63,771 nucleotides of DNA, filler included, from Candidatus Nanoarchaeia archaeon (GCA_035290625.1; 4 parts of 4 records of this genome joined end to end with filler, not necessarily neighbours in it); one strand, 5' to 3'. Counted from the first letter of the whole stretch, positions 19,067 to 29,114 are shown. The notes: generated by a model not told the origin, from the sequence alone. Made by a program: numbers and translations.

Positions 19067-19908
19067 GCCGTATACTGGAATTCATCAAGGATGGATACCA
19101 TGCTTCATTTGAGATCCTGAGAGGCCAGAGAAGGCAGCTTATCACCCCATTCCTCATTGATATTGCCTTCCTGTATGTTACAGGCTTCATCACTGCGGCC
19201 TTTGGAAATAAGATAACAGAGTATGCGGTCCAGCTGGGCTTTCTGGTGTCGAGCAGATCAGGAAACCTGACGCAGCAGTATGTCTCAAGCAGCATTCCCC
19301 AGATGATGGCTGCAAATCCCCAGATTGCATCTTCAGTCTACACACTCATCCTCCTTTTCAGCCTGTCCTCGCTCGCGGCCTTCGTGCTGTTCCTCAGCCT
19401 GGAATCCTTCAGCTTCTGGCTTATCCTGAAGCAGTCGGGATATCCTGTCGCATTTGGCCGATACTTCCTCCAGTTCTTTCAGGTTTCATTAGTCTGGTTA
19501 GCCTTTATGGTCGTCTACTGGATGAGTTCCTATGCAGACAGCCTTCGGTTTACACTCTCCAACAGGACTGCCCTCTACACCCCAAGCCCTGGCTTTTTGG
19601 TATACCTTCTTCTTGTTGGGTATTTTGCTTTGATATCCTACAGCCTCATTGGCACAGGCTCCTTCAAATCGATCATCACATCAACATTCTCCCTTGGCGT
19701 TAAGAAAGCCCATCTCCTGGGAGCATTGGCCGTCAGCCTCATTGCATTGTACAGCGTCTTCAATCTGATCCTTGTTTTCGCGTTTCTCCTGAACCAGTTC
19801 CTTGGACTGATGCTTGGCTTTGCTCTTGTTGTCCCCTGTCTGATATTCGTGCGGGTTGTCATGGCCAAGGGAGTGAGGAAACTGGTTGGCCTCACTTCGA
19901 AGGAATGA
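19063..19908 (+). CDS. Polytopic membrane protein
   Basis: About six hydrophobic segments; ATGA overlap with the upstream gene. Confidence 0.8.
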   Translation: MSRILEFIKDGYHASFEILRGQRRQLITPFLIDIAFLYVTGFITAAFGNKITEYAVQLGFLVSSRSGNLTQQYVSSSIPQMMAANPQIASSVYTLILLFSLSSLAAFVLFLSLESFSFWLILKQSGYPVAFGRYFLQFFQVSLVWLAFMVVYWMSSYADSLRFTLSNRTALYTPSPGFLVYLLLVGYFALISYSLIGTGSFKSIITSTFSLGVKKAHLLGALAVSLIALYSVFNLILVFAFLLNQFLGLMLGFALVVPCLIFVRVVMAKGVRKLVGLTSKE

Positions 19909-19983
19909 TGCTGCATACACTGTACGGCTGGGGGATTCTTTTGCGCCGAAAGTTATATAAGCTCTGTTGCATTTTTGGAGCAA

Positions 19984-20487
19984 ATGGTGGTCGCTCCGAG
20001 TGTGCTGACACACGCTGACGAAGAAAGTTATTTAAGAAAACACGTTGCGCGAAATATCTCCTTGACGAATTCTTTATCTGATGCCGAACTGCCAATCCAT
20101 GAAAAAAACTGTTATTTTCACCCTTACGAAAAAGACGCTGTTTGGCCGGTTACTAATTTTACCGATACCTATCCACCAATGCCGGAATTCAAAGACGACC
20201 CTGTAATGCAAAGATTAAGATCCTTGTATATCGCTTTAGACGACTATATTCATAATGTCCTTGGTCACCTCCCCCAAGAAAAAGAATATAGGCATAATCT
20301 TGTTCGTGAGAGAATCGAGGATGCATCTATTTCTTTGTGTGAACTGGCAACTCAAATGGGAAACCGCAGCATGAACGAAGAAACATATATCTCTCTTTTT
20401 AAGAATTACCATCCTTCATTAATCACAACATACAATTTAATGGAACGATTGCACCTAGGTATTCCTGTTAGGGCAATACGGAATTGA
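19984..20487 (+). CDS. Hypothetical protein
   Basis: ORF after a TTATATAA box; AT-richer than core genes. Confidence 0.6.
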   Translation: MVVAPSVLTHADEESYLRKHVARNISLTNSLSDAELPIHEKNCYFHPYEKDAVWPVTNFTDTYPPMPEFKDDPVMQRLRSLYIALDDYIHNVLGHLPQEKEYRHNLVRERIEDASISLCELATQMGNRSMNEETYISLFKNYHPSLITTYNLMERLHLGIPVRAIRN

Positions 20488-20770
20488 GAATAACTGTCAA
20501 ATTTTTCGTTTAGAAACAAGCGAGCTCGATGCCGACTGACTTTCTACTGAGCCACAGGCCCCCCTAGCTGGGCGCGGCAGTATCCGCATCTCATGAACAG
20601 TATTGAAACTGCGGTTAATAGGAGTTCTATTCAATTTTTTCTGGGGCTGAACTATAGAAAGGGGCAACGAAACGATTACGGGGCGAAAAGTCTTTATACC
20701 GGAACATCTACAAGTATCACAACGTAAACTATTTAAAAGAATTAGGTTTTATTGATTTAAAAGGGGAAAA

Positions 20771-21916
20771 ATGGATAACACTAAACATAAAGTTTTTTTT
20801 GGAAATTCAAACAATATGAAAGAAGTTTTAGATAGTAGTGTAAACATTATAGTTACTTCTCCGCCTTATCCTATGATTGAAATGTGGGATAAGCAATTTT
20901 CATCTCTTAATCCAAAAATTGGTGAAGCTCTCAAAGATGGCAAAGGAATGGAAGCTTATGATTTAATGAATGAAGAATTATATAAAGTTTGGAAAGAAGT
21001 AAATCGTGTTCTTGCAGATGGCGGAATTGTTTGTATAAATATTGGTGATGCGACAAGAAAAGTAAATGGCTCTTTTCATCTCTATGCTAATCATTCCAGA
21101 ATAACTCAATATTTTGAGAAGATGGGATTTCAATCTTTACCTTTAATTATATGGAGAAAAGAAACCAATAAACCAAATAAATATATGGGTTCTGGAATGT
21201 TACCCCCTAGTGCATATGTTACACTTGAGCATGAATATATTTTAATCTTCCGCAAAGGAAATAATCGTGAGTTCAAATCTAATGAAATATTAAAAAGACA
21301 AGAAAGCAGTTTTTTTTGGGAAGAGAGAAATGTTTGGTTTTCAGATTTATGGAATGGACTTAAAGGAGTTTCTCAATCGCTTAATCATTCTGATTTACGA
21401 GAGAGGTCGGCAGCATATCCGTTTGAATTAGCATATAGATTAATTAATATGTATTCTCTGAATGGAGATACTGTTCTTGACCCATTTTTCGGAACGGGAA
21501 CAACTATGCTCGCTGCAATGGTTGCCGGCAGAAACTCAATTGGTTATGAAATAGACCCTAATTTTAAAAAAGTTATTGATATGAGAATTTCTGAAACAAT
21601 CCATTTTGGTAGAAATATAGTTATAGACAGATTAAAAAAACATAAGCAGTATATTGAACAAAGGGAAGCTGAAAAGGGCGAACCAAAGCATTATTCAGAG
21701 AGATATGAATTCAAAATTGTAACAAATCAAGAAAAAAATATGTTTTTGCCATTAATCAAAGATATAAAAAAGATTAACGACAATCATCTCGAAGCGATAT
21801 ATGATACTGAAAAGATTGAGTTAGGAAAAAAAGAACATTCTGCAGTTTTAAGTAATCACATAAATAAAGTCAAAGTTGAAAAAGAAGCCCACACATTAAG
21901 CGCATATTTACTTTAG
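20771..21916 (+). CDS. Site-specific DNA methyltransferase (N4-C/N6-A, beta class)
   Basis: Motif IV TSPPY precedes motif I VLDPFFGTGTT; very AT-rich. Confidence 0.93.
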   Translation: MDNTKHKVFFGNSNNMKEVLDSSVNIIVTSPPYPMIEMWDKQFSSLNPKIGEALKDGKGMEAYDLMNEELYKVWKEVNRVLADGGIVCINIGDATRKVNGSFHLYANHSRITQYFEKMGFQSLPLIIWRKETNKPNKYMGSGMLPPSAYVTLEHEYILIFRKGNNREFKSNEILKRQESSFFWEERNVWFSDLWNGLKGVSQSLNHSDLRERSAAYPFELAYRLINMYSLNGDTVLDPFFGTGTTMLAAMVAGRNSIGYEIDPNFKKVIDMRISETIHFGRNIVIDRLKKHKQYIEQREAEKGEPKHYSERYEFKIVTNQEKNMFLPLIKDIKKINDNHLEAIYDTEKIELGKKEHSAVLSNHINKVKVEKEAHTLSAYLL

Positions 21917-21918
21917 AA

Positions 21919-22551
21919 CTATTTTTCTAATCTGTTCATTTCTTGTTTTATTTCGTCAATAACTTCGATATTATTTATTACTTTTTTATCTCCTTCTTTT
22001 ATCGAGATTATATAAAATACTTTTCCACCATATTTAGCAGTAAACTTCTTATGAGTTTCTGCCTGTTGTGTTCTTTCTTTAAAAATTTCAGGAATATGAG
22101 AAACCCCTCCAGCAGGTTTTATTTGTAATCCTATATATTTCTCATTAATCTTAATGAAGAAATCTACATTAAATAGTCTGTCCCATTCATCAGGGGCTGG
22201 TTCAATTTTGACTTTAAGAATATCTTGAAGTTGTCCATATATTGTTTCTTTTTCACTTACATATCCATCATAAGTTCTATTTATGACGAGATTAATTATA
22301 AAATCTATACAATCCTGTTCCGTTACATCATCTATTTCTGCTCGTAAAACTTCTGTAATTTTAGTGTATAACTTTTTCCCTAATTCAATAAGATGTGCTT
22401 TTGGATATACGCTTCCATAATAGTATTTTTCCCAATCTTCTACCTTTCTTGGCTGACACTTTCTTATTTGTTCTGAAACCTTACCAACATTACGAGAGAA
22501 ATTTAACTGAAATCTATTTGTTGCACTATTTAATATCCATTCCTTTGCCAT
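21919..22551 (-). CDS. Type II restriction endonuclease, MjaI-like
   Basis: NVGKVSEQIRKC..WEKYY, APDEWD..NVDFFIK..IGLQIKP (PD-(D/E)xK variant); convergent with the MTase. Confidence 0.75.
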   Translation of the reverse strand: MAKEWILNSATNRFQLNFSRNVGKVSEQIRKCQPRKVEDWEKYYYGSVYPKAHLIELGKKLYTKITEVLRAEIDDVTEQDCIDFIINLVINRTYDGYVSEKETIYGQLQDILKVKIEPAPDEWDRLFNVDFFIKINEKYIGLQIKPAGGVSHIPEIFKERTQQAETHKKFTAKYGGKVFYIISIKEGDKKVINNIEVIDEIKQEMNRLEK

Positions 22552-22861
22552 AATCTATACTAAATCAATAAAACATATATAAATGTTGTTAAATCCGACT
22601 TTTCGCCCTAACGATAAAACTAATGTTGCCCCTTTATTCTTGTTCTTGATTGCTCACCTTGTTCGCCTGAATGAACGCCCCCGAAAAAACTCTTCGGACG
22701 AAGTTTGACCCCACGTTGTAGGGTCAAAGGAGATAACAGGAATTCCGATGTTAGCCAAAATTTTCTTACTGCCGAAAATCAGATAGGTGCTGTAGTTTTT
22801 ACTTACTTTAAACGACGAGGGGGGAATTCCGTAACGACTAGTAACGAGGTGGCGAGAAAAC

Positions 22862-23533
22862 TTATTTTATTTCACAATTACAATTATCCACCCACTCACA
22901 AAATCCACATTCATCAGAGGGGGCAGGAATTTCTGCTTCTAGAACTTGAACAGCTTCCTTAAAAATACTTTCAGCATTTTTGATATTAACTTTAATCTTA
23001 ACCAAATCTTTATGAAAATCCACATCACCATTCTCATGGACTTTGCTTGGATGATAAAACAACAGATACGTATAATCCTCGGTATCGTAGCCATTCTTTC
23101 TCAAGAGAAAATTGTAGATGTCCATTTGATCCTGATAATGTTCATGTGTGTCCTCTTTTAATGGGAAACCCCTGGTCTTATAATCCAAAACAATCAGTTT
23201 CTTTCCTTTCTTGAGAAGATTATCGATTGCTCCATGAAATAGATTGCCTTTCATGTCCGTCCATCGAATTCCTTTAAAGTTGCTTCTCCAGGCTTTAAGA
23301 AGCTCTTCATCATCAAACAGCTTAACCTCCCCCTTTAATTGCTGTAGTTCCGGAGGAAGCTCGCCTCTTTTCATAAACCAGTCAAAGTGTTCTTTGAGGA
23401 TCTTATCCATTCCGCTGGGTAAAGAGGGAAAAATTGTATCCGGCCTTTTAATATTCTTGTTGAAATGAAGCCAGAAACATCTAGGGCAGTCTTTCAATAA
23501 GCTTAAACTTGATGGGCTGAATTTGTATGGCAT
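22862..23533 (-). CDS. PD-(D/E)XK nuclease, Cas4/AddB-like
   Basis: FSPSSL..DCPRCFW, GAIDNL..VLDYKT, QMDIY, CGFC. Confidence 0.85.
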   Translation of the reverse strand: MPYKFSPSSLSLLKDCPRCFWLHFNKNIKRPDTIFPSLPSGMDKILKEHFDWFMKRGELPPELQQLKGEVKLFDDEELLKAWRSNFKGIRWTDMKGNLFHGAIDNLLKKGKKLIVLDYKTRGFPLKEDTHEHYQDQMDIYNFLLRKNGYDTEDYTYLLFYHPSKVHENGDVDFHKDLVKIKVNIKNAESIFKEAVQVLEAEIPAPSDECGFCEWVDNCNCEIK

Positions 23534-23613
23534 CTTAATCTAAATCAATCCCTCCCAGCTTCGGCGCTTCCTTAATATTTTTTAGGGCACTTCACTACTA
23601 ACCAACTCATCCC

Positions 23614-24744
23614 TCAGAACCTTCCCAGCACTTCCTTGACTCTTCTCACAGTCGTCTTCCAGGAGAATTTTTCAACAACTGTCTTCCTTGCCTCATCTCC
23701 AAGTCGCCTCCTGAGGAACGGATCCTTCAGCAGCCATTCAAGCTTCAAAGACAAAACAAGCGAATTCCGTTTTGGGAAGAAAAGGCCATTCTTCTTCTCC
23801 CTGATGTATTTCTGCACATATCCGACCTTCGTCACCACACAGGCCAGGCCGACAGACATGGCTTCTAATGTGCTAAGCGAGGTTGTCTCAGTAAGCGAAG
23901 GCAGCACAAAAATATCCATCGCCTGCAAATACGGAACGACATCATTCTGCTGCCCAGCATAGATAATCTGCGGCTTGTCCTTGAACAAACGCTTCTGCTC
24001 CTCAATCCCGTCTCCAACAATAAGCAGGGTAACCTCCTTATGGCTGTAGAGAAGCCTTTGGAACGCCCTGTACAGGGTGTAGAGGTCCTTCTCCCGCGCA
24101 AGCCTTCCATGATACCCTATCACCGTATGGGAAGGGTTGATGCCAAGCTCCTCCTTTGCCTGCACCTTTGATGAAGGAGGAACAAAATGCTCAGGATTTG
24201 TTCCAAGGTGCACCAGAACATGGGCTGTCCTGATCCCTGCCCATTCAAACTTCTTGATAACCTCATAGGTGGGCACCATGATGAGATGGCATTTGCTGTA
24301 AAGCCCTGCAGCAAGCCTCTTGGTAAGATGGTATGCGATCTTCTTTCTGAAATACCTGGAGCTCAGCGCATTGGGGACAAGCTCCCACTCAATGGAATGG
24401 GCAAAGGCGATCAGCGGCTTTCCCTTCTTGTGGCTGGCCCTGATTGCTGTGCTCCCGATAGGCCCGATGGTCTGGATCCACACAAGGTCAGCATTGTCCA
24501 CCTCTTGGCTGATCGTTTTCCATGCAAACCTGGCAGGAATGAAATCTCCGATCCTGAACGGCAGCAGTCCAATCCAGACCATCCGTATCTCCGGCAGGTT
24601 TGCCACCTCTCCCTTGTGCCTTGGAGCGACTACCGTGATCTCATATTCGTCCATAAGGCTCGGGATGACCTCCCACAGAAACCTTGCAATTCCATCCCAT
24701 CGTGGAAGAAAGTTATCAGTGGCGATCAGGAGTTTTCGTTTCAT
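23614..24744 (-). CDS. Glycosyltransferase family 4
   Basis: TDNFLPRWDG, GRLAREK, DIFVLPSLTETTSLSTLEAMS. Confidence 0.92.
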   Translation of the reverse strand: MKRKLLIATDNFLPRWDGIARFLWEVIPSLMDEYEITVVAPRHKGEVANLPEIRMVWIGLLPFRIGDFIPARFAWKTISQEVDNADLVWIQTIGPIGSTAIRASHKKGKPLIAFAHSIEWELVPNALSSRYFRKKIAYHLTKRLAAGLYSKCHLIMVPTYEVIKKFEWAGIRTAHVLVHLGTNPEHFVPPSSKVQAKEELGINPSHTVIGYHGRLAREKDLYTLYRAFQRLLYSHKEVTLLIVGDGIEEQKRLFKDKPQIIYAGQQNDVVPYLQAMDIFVLPSLTETTSLSTLEAMSVGLACVVTKVGYVQKYIREKKNGLFFPKRNSLVLSLKLEWLLKDPFLRRRLGDEARKTVVEKFSWKTTVRRVKEVLGRF

Positions 24745-25372
24745 GCGTGAATACCTCGGCAAACCAGCAGCCATGGTCAAGGCCATTGAAAAGTGCCTTA
24801 ACATACACACTGGTCATCAGCGTGTAGACCGCAAGCTTTTGGCTCTTGTGCTCCCGGATTGCCTGGATCTTCTTCTTGAATGTAGGAGTGATGTCCACCA
24901 CAAGCTTGACAGCATTTTTCTTAAAGCTTATGGGGTTCCAGATGTCAAAGGAGAACACAGGAAACCTCTCTTTCATCTTAGCAACAGCCTCAGTTACGAT
25001 CCTGAACACTGCACGGTGATCCGGATGCGGGTCATCCTTGCTGTGCGTGAATATCTTTTCAGGCTTATAGGTGTTGATCAGAGACTGGATCTTCCGCTCA
25101 AGCCCGAGTTCCTTTGCCTGCTCTGGAAAATGGTTCTCCCGTAAGCCAAGGTAGACGATCTGCGCCTCGCCGAGGATCTTTCCTGCGACCGCAGACTCCC
25201 TGACTCTGGTTTTCGCAATCTCATGCCTCTTCATCCAGGGATGTGATTTCTCACCATAGGAGAAAATGACAGTGATGACCTTTTTTCCTTCTTGGGCGTA
25301 CTTCGCCAGGGTTCCTCCTGCTCCGATCACCTGATCATCATTATGGGCGCAGAAGTTCAGGACAGATGCCAT
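24716..25372 (-). CDS. PIG-L family deacetylase
   Basis: AHNDD..GAGGTL, RVRES, DPHPDH, KIQAIREHKSQ. Confidence 0.9.
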   Translation of the reverse strand: MASVLNFCAHNDDQVIGAGGTLAKYAQEGKKVITVIFSYGEKSHPWMKRHEIAKTRVRESAVAGKILGEAQIVYLGLRENHFPEQAKELGLERKIQSLINTYKPEKIFTHSKDDPHPDHRAVFRIVTEAVAKMKERFPVFSFDIWNPISFKKNAVKLVVDITPTFKKKIQAIREHKSQKLAVYTLMTSVYVKALFNGLDHGCWFAEVFTHETKTPDRH

Positions 25373-25438
25373 GCAGCACTAAAGATGAATGTGCTTTAAA
25401 AAGATTTGCCCCACGGCCCGCCAGAATGGAAGCTTTGC

Positions 25439-25837
25439 CTATCTTCCGTAGAATTCATTGTAGATCACTCTAACTGCATCATCTGCCTGGCTCTCGCCTA
25501 CTCCGACAAAAAAGCTGATCTCCGAAGCACCCTTGTTCAGGACACGCTGCCGGATTCCTGCATTGGCAAGCGCCTGGAGCACTCTTGCATCTCCATTGAT
25601 GTGCGATTCATAATCTCTTTTCATCCCCAGCCCTGCGATGCCAACCATGGCGATAGCTTCTCCTACCTCTATCTCCATCGGTGCAGATTTCTTATTAAAC
25701 CTCTTATCCAATTCACGAACAATCTCATTGACAGTTCCAGGGCTTGAAATCTTATTTTTGTCAATAATGAGCGTCATAGTATCGATTCCTGTTGGAGAAT
25801 GCTCATAAGGAACCCCCATATCTTTTAGTATCCCCAT
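25439..25837 (-). CDS. Stand-alone ACT domains of aspartokinase type (possible fragment)
   Basis: GVPYEHSPTGIDTMTLII, IAGLGM, ALANAGI..GASEISFFVGV..AVRVIYNEF; no kinase domain. Confidence 0.7.
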   Translation of the reverse strand: MGILKDMGVPYEHSPTGIDTMTLIIDKNKISSPGTVNEIVRELDKRFNKKSAPMEIEVGEAIAMVGIAGLGMKRDYESHINGDARVLQALANAGIRQRVLNKGASEISFFVGVGESQADDAVRVIYNEFYGR

Positions 25838-25969
25838 GACATCCCTGCCAAATCCGCAATCTTTTTAAATAAGCTATAATCCCATTAGTATGCTCTGTGC
25901 ATAGTGAACTTCACTATCCCAGACTCCGCAAGGAGATGAGAGCCAGAATTCTGGTTTTCAGGAGGAACT

Positions 25970-26500
25970 ATGACATTAGGATTGCATGTTAACCGGCAGC
26001 AGCTTGTTGAGAAGCTTGCTGAGAAGCTCAAGACAATCTCCGAGATCAAGGCTCCGGATTGGGCAGCGTATGTAAAGACCGGAATGCATAAGGAAAGGCC
26101 GCCTGTTGATCGTGATTGGTGGCACAAGAGGGCTGCGTCGGTCTTATACAAGGTTCTGAGGTACGGGCCTATTGGAGTCTCAAAGCTGCGCCGCGCATAT
26201 GGCGGCAGGAAAAACCGTGGAGTGAAGCCTGAGCATTTCTACAAAGGCTCAGCCAACATCATCAGAAAGGCGCTTCAGCAGCTTGAAAAGGCAGAGCTTG
26301 TGAAGAAGGTTGAAAAAGGGGTCCATAAGGGTAAAATAGTAACCCCAAAAGGAGCAGCCCTGATACACAGCGTTGCAAAGACAATCATTCCAAAAGAGGC
26401 TCTGGAGCAGTTCAAGACAGCTAAACTAAAGAAGGACGATAAAAAGGAAGATACAAAAGCCGAGGCAAAGAATGAACCAGGACGAACTCAGCCAGTTTGA
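25970..26500 (+). CDS. rps19e: 30S ribosomal protein S19e
   Basis: PDWAAYVKTGMHKERPP, RAASVL, GPIGVSKLRRAYGG. Confidence 0.97.
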   Translation: MTLGLHVNRQQLVEKLAEKLKTISEIKAPDWAAYVKTGMHKERPPVDRDWWHKRAASVLYKVLRYGPIGVSKLRRAYGGRKNRGVKPEHFYKGSANIIRKALQQLEKAELVKKVEKGVHKGKIVTPKGAALIHSVAKTIIPKEALEQFKTAKLKKDDKKEDTKAEAKNEPGRTQPV

Positions 26501-26735
26501 ACTCCAGCAGCAGTTTCAGCAGCTTGAGGCAGTTGTCAAGGCAAAGTTCACAAAGGAAGCGCTGCTCCGCTATGGGACGATTAAGGCTGCTGACCCTGAA
26601 AAGGCAGTCCAGCTTATTGGTTTGCTCGCCCAGGCGCTCCAGAGAGGCAATATCCAGTCGATCGATGATGCGGCTTTCAAGAATCTCTTAGCCAGGCTTG
26701 CTCCGCCAAAAAAAGGATTCAGGATGAGGAGATAA
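26472..26735 (+). CDS. PDCD5-like dsDNA-binding protein
   Basis: TKEALLRYGTIKAADPEKA..IDDAAFKNLL; usual position after rps19e. Confidence 0.85.
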   Translation: MNQDELSQFELQQQFQQLEAVVKAKFTKEALLRYGTIKAADPEKAVQLIGLLAQALQRGNIQSIDDAAFKNLLARLAPPKKGFRMRR

Positions 26736-26908
26736 TGGCCAGGGTCAAACATCCAAGCAAGAAGCAGAGATTAGCAAAAGCCCATCGCCAGACTCGTTGG
26801 GCTCCGTACTGGACTGTTCCAAAGAAGTACGGCAAAGGCAGGAAGGTCCATCCCGGCAGGCATACTGCCAACAAGCGAAGCTGGAGAAGGACGAAATTAA
26901 AGGCATAA
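26735..26908 (+). CDS. rpl39e: 50S ribosomal protein L39e (not in ORF track)
   Basis: MARVKHPSKKQRLAKAHRQTRWAPYW...KRSWRRTKLKA. Confidence 0.92.
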   Translation: MARVKHPSKKQRLAKAHRQTRWAPYWTVPKKYGKGRKVHPGRHTANKRSWRRTKLKA

Positions 26909-26909
26909 C

Positions 26910-27395
26910 ATGGCAAAGAAGACTGATCCCAAGAAGATACTGGAGCGGACCTACATCATCCCTTTAAGGAGGGAGTGGCTGAAGGCTCCGAAGTACCGGA
27001 GAGCCAAGAGAGCTACTACTGCTGTCCGTTCCTTTCTTGTGAAGCACATGAAGTCAGACAGCATCAAAATAGGACCATTTCTGAACCAGGAGATTTGGAA
27101 GCGAGGCATAAAGAGCCCTCCTCATAAGATTAAGGTCACGGCCGTAAAGGATGAGAAAGGAACAGTCCAGGCTGAGCTTTTCGGGGTTCCTGAGAAAAAG
27201 GTGAAGAAGGAAGAGCTTCCAAAAGCTGGCCCGCATACAGAGAAGCGTGAGGAGATCTCTGAGACTGCCAAGAAGGTTGAAGCAGAGGAACTCAAGGCAA
27301 TAAAGCTAGAGCAGCCCCCCCATCCAAAGATTGAGACACGGGAAAGAAGGCAGCCAGCTGCCAAGCCTGCTGCTACAACACAAAGGGCGGATTAG
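26910..27395 (+). CDS. rpl31e: 50S ribosomal protein L31e with charged C-terminal extension
   Basis: ERTYIIPLRR, RRAKRA, LNQEIWKRGIKSPP. Confidence 0.95.
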   Translation: MAKKTDPKKILERTYIIPLRREWLKAPKYRRAKRATTAVRSFLVKHMKSDSIKIGPFLNQEIWKRGIKSPPHKIKVTAVKDEKGTVQAELFGVPEKKVKKEELPKAGPHTEKREEISETAKKVEAEELKAIKLEQPPHPKIETRERRQPAAKPAATTQRAD

Positions 27396-28174
27396 GGAAT
27401 GTTTCCTTCGGGTTGCGCTGACAGCAGTTTCCTTAAAATGTAGTTTTTGTAATGGTTTTCCATGAAGTTATCTGCTTTCTCTGCAGCAGTATGCAATCGC
27501 TTGTACTCATCAAGCTCTCCTGTTGTTGGCGGGGGTGAAGAACCTATCCCTTGCATATGCCTCTTGTAGTCTGAAAAGCAAATGTGACTAAAACCTGCCA
27601 TGACTAAAGAACCAAGACCAGCTATGATACTTATACCATACCCGACTTCTCCAAACAATGCCCCTACTCCAGCAACTCCTGCGAAGAATGTGGAGCCACC
27701 TGCGCTCATGATGTAATTACGATACTCACCACGCGCTATTTCAGCTAAATCCATCTGTTTCCATCGAAGGTAATCTTCCCTAACCGCCTCATAGCCTATC
27801 TTGGAATCATCAATAGGCTGATCTGAGAAGCCGCCTAAAATGTCAGCTAAATCTCTGGAAGAATTTCCCCTCCTTTCCGGAGATGCTTCTTTGAGATTGA
27901 ATTTTCCATCTCTCCTCTTCTCTCCCACCTTACTCTCATAACCAACATCATAATATGACTCTATCGACCACTCCAAACCATAAAACTCCTCAACTTCTTT
28001 TACAAAAGATGTTTCCTGAGCTAACACTCTGGAAATAAGAGGATTCCCCTGATGTGTTTCCATCTGCTGCACACATTGTTCTAGGGGTATGCCTATATCT
28101 TCACAGACGACGATCCGGTCTACTCTTCTTCGCTCTGAGAAGACAACCTTGCCCACAATCTCTCCTTCCTTCAT
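27392..28174 (-). CDS. Hypothetical protein with a two-TM hairpin
   Basis: 260-aa ORF; Gly-rich hydrophobic hairpin. Confidence 0.65.
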   Translation of the reverse strand: MKEGEIVGKVVFSERRRVDRIVVCEDIGIPLEQCVQQMETHQGNPLISRVLAQETSFVKEVEEFYGLEWSIESYYDVGYESKVGEKRRDGKFNLKEASPERRGNSSRDLADILGGFSDQPIDDSKIGYEAVREDYLRWKQMDLAEIARGEYRNYIMSAGGSTFFAGVAGVGALFGEVGYGISIIAGLGSLVMAGFSHICFSDYKRHMQGIGSSPPPTTGELDEYKRLHTAAEKADNFMENHYKNYILRKLLSAQPEGNIP

Positions 28175-28293
28175 GGTAATTGCCTCTTCATAGTGTTTAC
28201 TACTTTAAAATGAGAATGAATAATGACTATTTATATGTTTGTCGTTCCATTCAGAACGATAACTTTAAATATCCAAAACACTTCCCTATAAGT

Positions 28294-29010
28294 ATGGATA
28301 CAGCGCCGCTTCAACGGCTCGGGCTTCAGGAATCAGATGTTAAAATCTACCTCTCCTTGCTGAGCCATGGCCTAAGCACAGCTACGCAGATTTCCCAGTA
28401 TACCGGCCTGAATCGAAGCCATACCTACGATAAATTAGACCTGCTTCTGGAAAAGGGGCTCATTTCCTTCGTGATAAAAAACAACGTGAAGTACTTCCAG
28501 GCAAGCGCTCCAGAAAAGATTCTCGATTATATAAGTGAAATGCAAAAGGACATCCAAATAATTATTCCTGATCTTGCTAAGCTCCAACGCAGCAACAAAA
28601 CCAAGACAATTGTTGAACTCTACCAGGGAAAGGAGGGGATGAAAACCGTCTTTAAGGACATACTGAGAGAAAAGAAGGATTATTTTGTGCTTGGAGAAGA
28701 AGGGAAATTCCAGGAGATCCTTCCTGTATTTATCCAGCAATTCTTGAGAGATGTGCCAAGGCTCGGCATGAAGGAACATTTGCTGAGCAAGGAAAGCAAG
28801 AGAGGCAGCATAGCCATGACTCCCAAGAATTCAAGAATAAAGTACCTTCCTGATGAGATCCTCTCTCCTTCGATGAGCGTTATATACGGGAACAAGACTG
28901 CTGTCTTTATTTGGTCAGATCCGCTCTTCGCTATCTTGATTAAGGACAAAGATGTTGCACGATCATTTAAATCGTATTTTGATGTGTTATGGAGGATCGC
29001 TAAAACCTAA
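28294..29010 (+). CDS. TrmB-family transcriptional regulator
   Basis: LGLQESDVKIYLSLL..GLNRSHTYDKLDLLLEKGLI; YQGKEG; FKSYFDVLW. Confidence 0.9.
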   Translation: MDTAPLQRLGLQESDVKIYLSLLSHGLSTATQISQYTGLNRSHTYDKLDLLLEKGLISFVIKNNVKYFQASAPEKILDYISEMQKDIQIIIPDLAKLQRSNKTKTIVELYQGKEGMKTVFKDILREKKDYFVLGEEGKFQEILPVFIQQFLRDVPRLGMKEHLLSKESKRGSIAMTPKNSRIKYLPDEILSPSMSVIYGNKTAVFIWSDPLFAILIKDKDVARSFKSYFDVLWRIAKT

Positions 29011-29114
29011 CCTCTTCCATTGCATGGCCCCCCAGTTCGTAACAAATACGTTCATCACTTAGAAGTAATAATGAACACAAACCTTTAAAAAGAGGGATTT
29101 ACTTCCCTTCTCAT

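Noticed and set aside
22676..22860. Possible integron attC site (GTT words, GGAATTCC palindromes)
   Set aside because: Could not establish paired R and L boxes, and no integrase is in the window.
22862..23533. Cas4-like nuclease as evidence of CRISPR-Cas
   Set aside because: No array or other cas gene in the window; solo PD-(D/E)XK nucleases are common.
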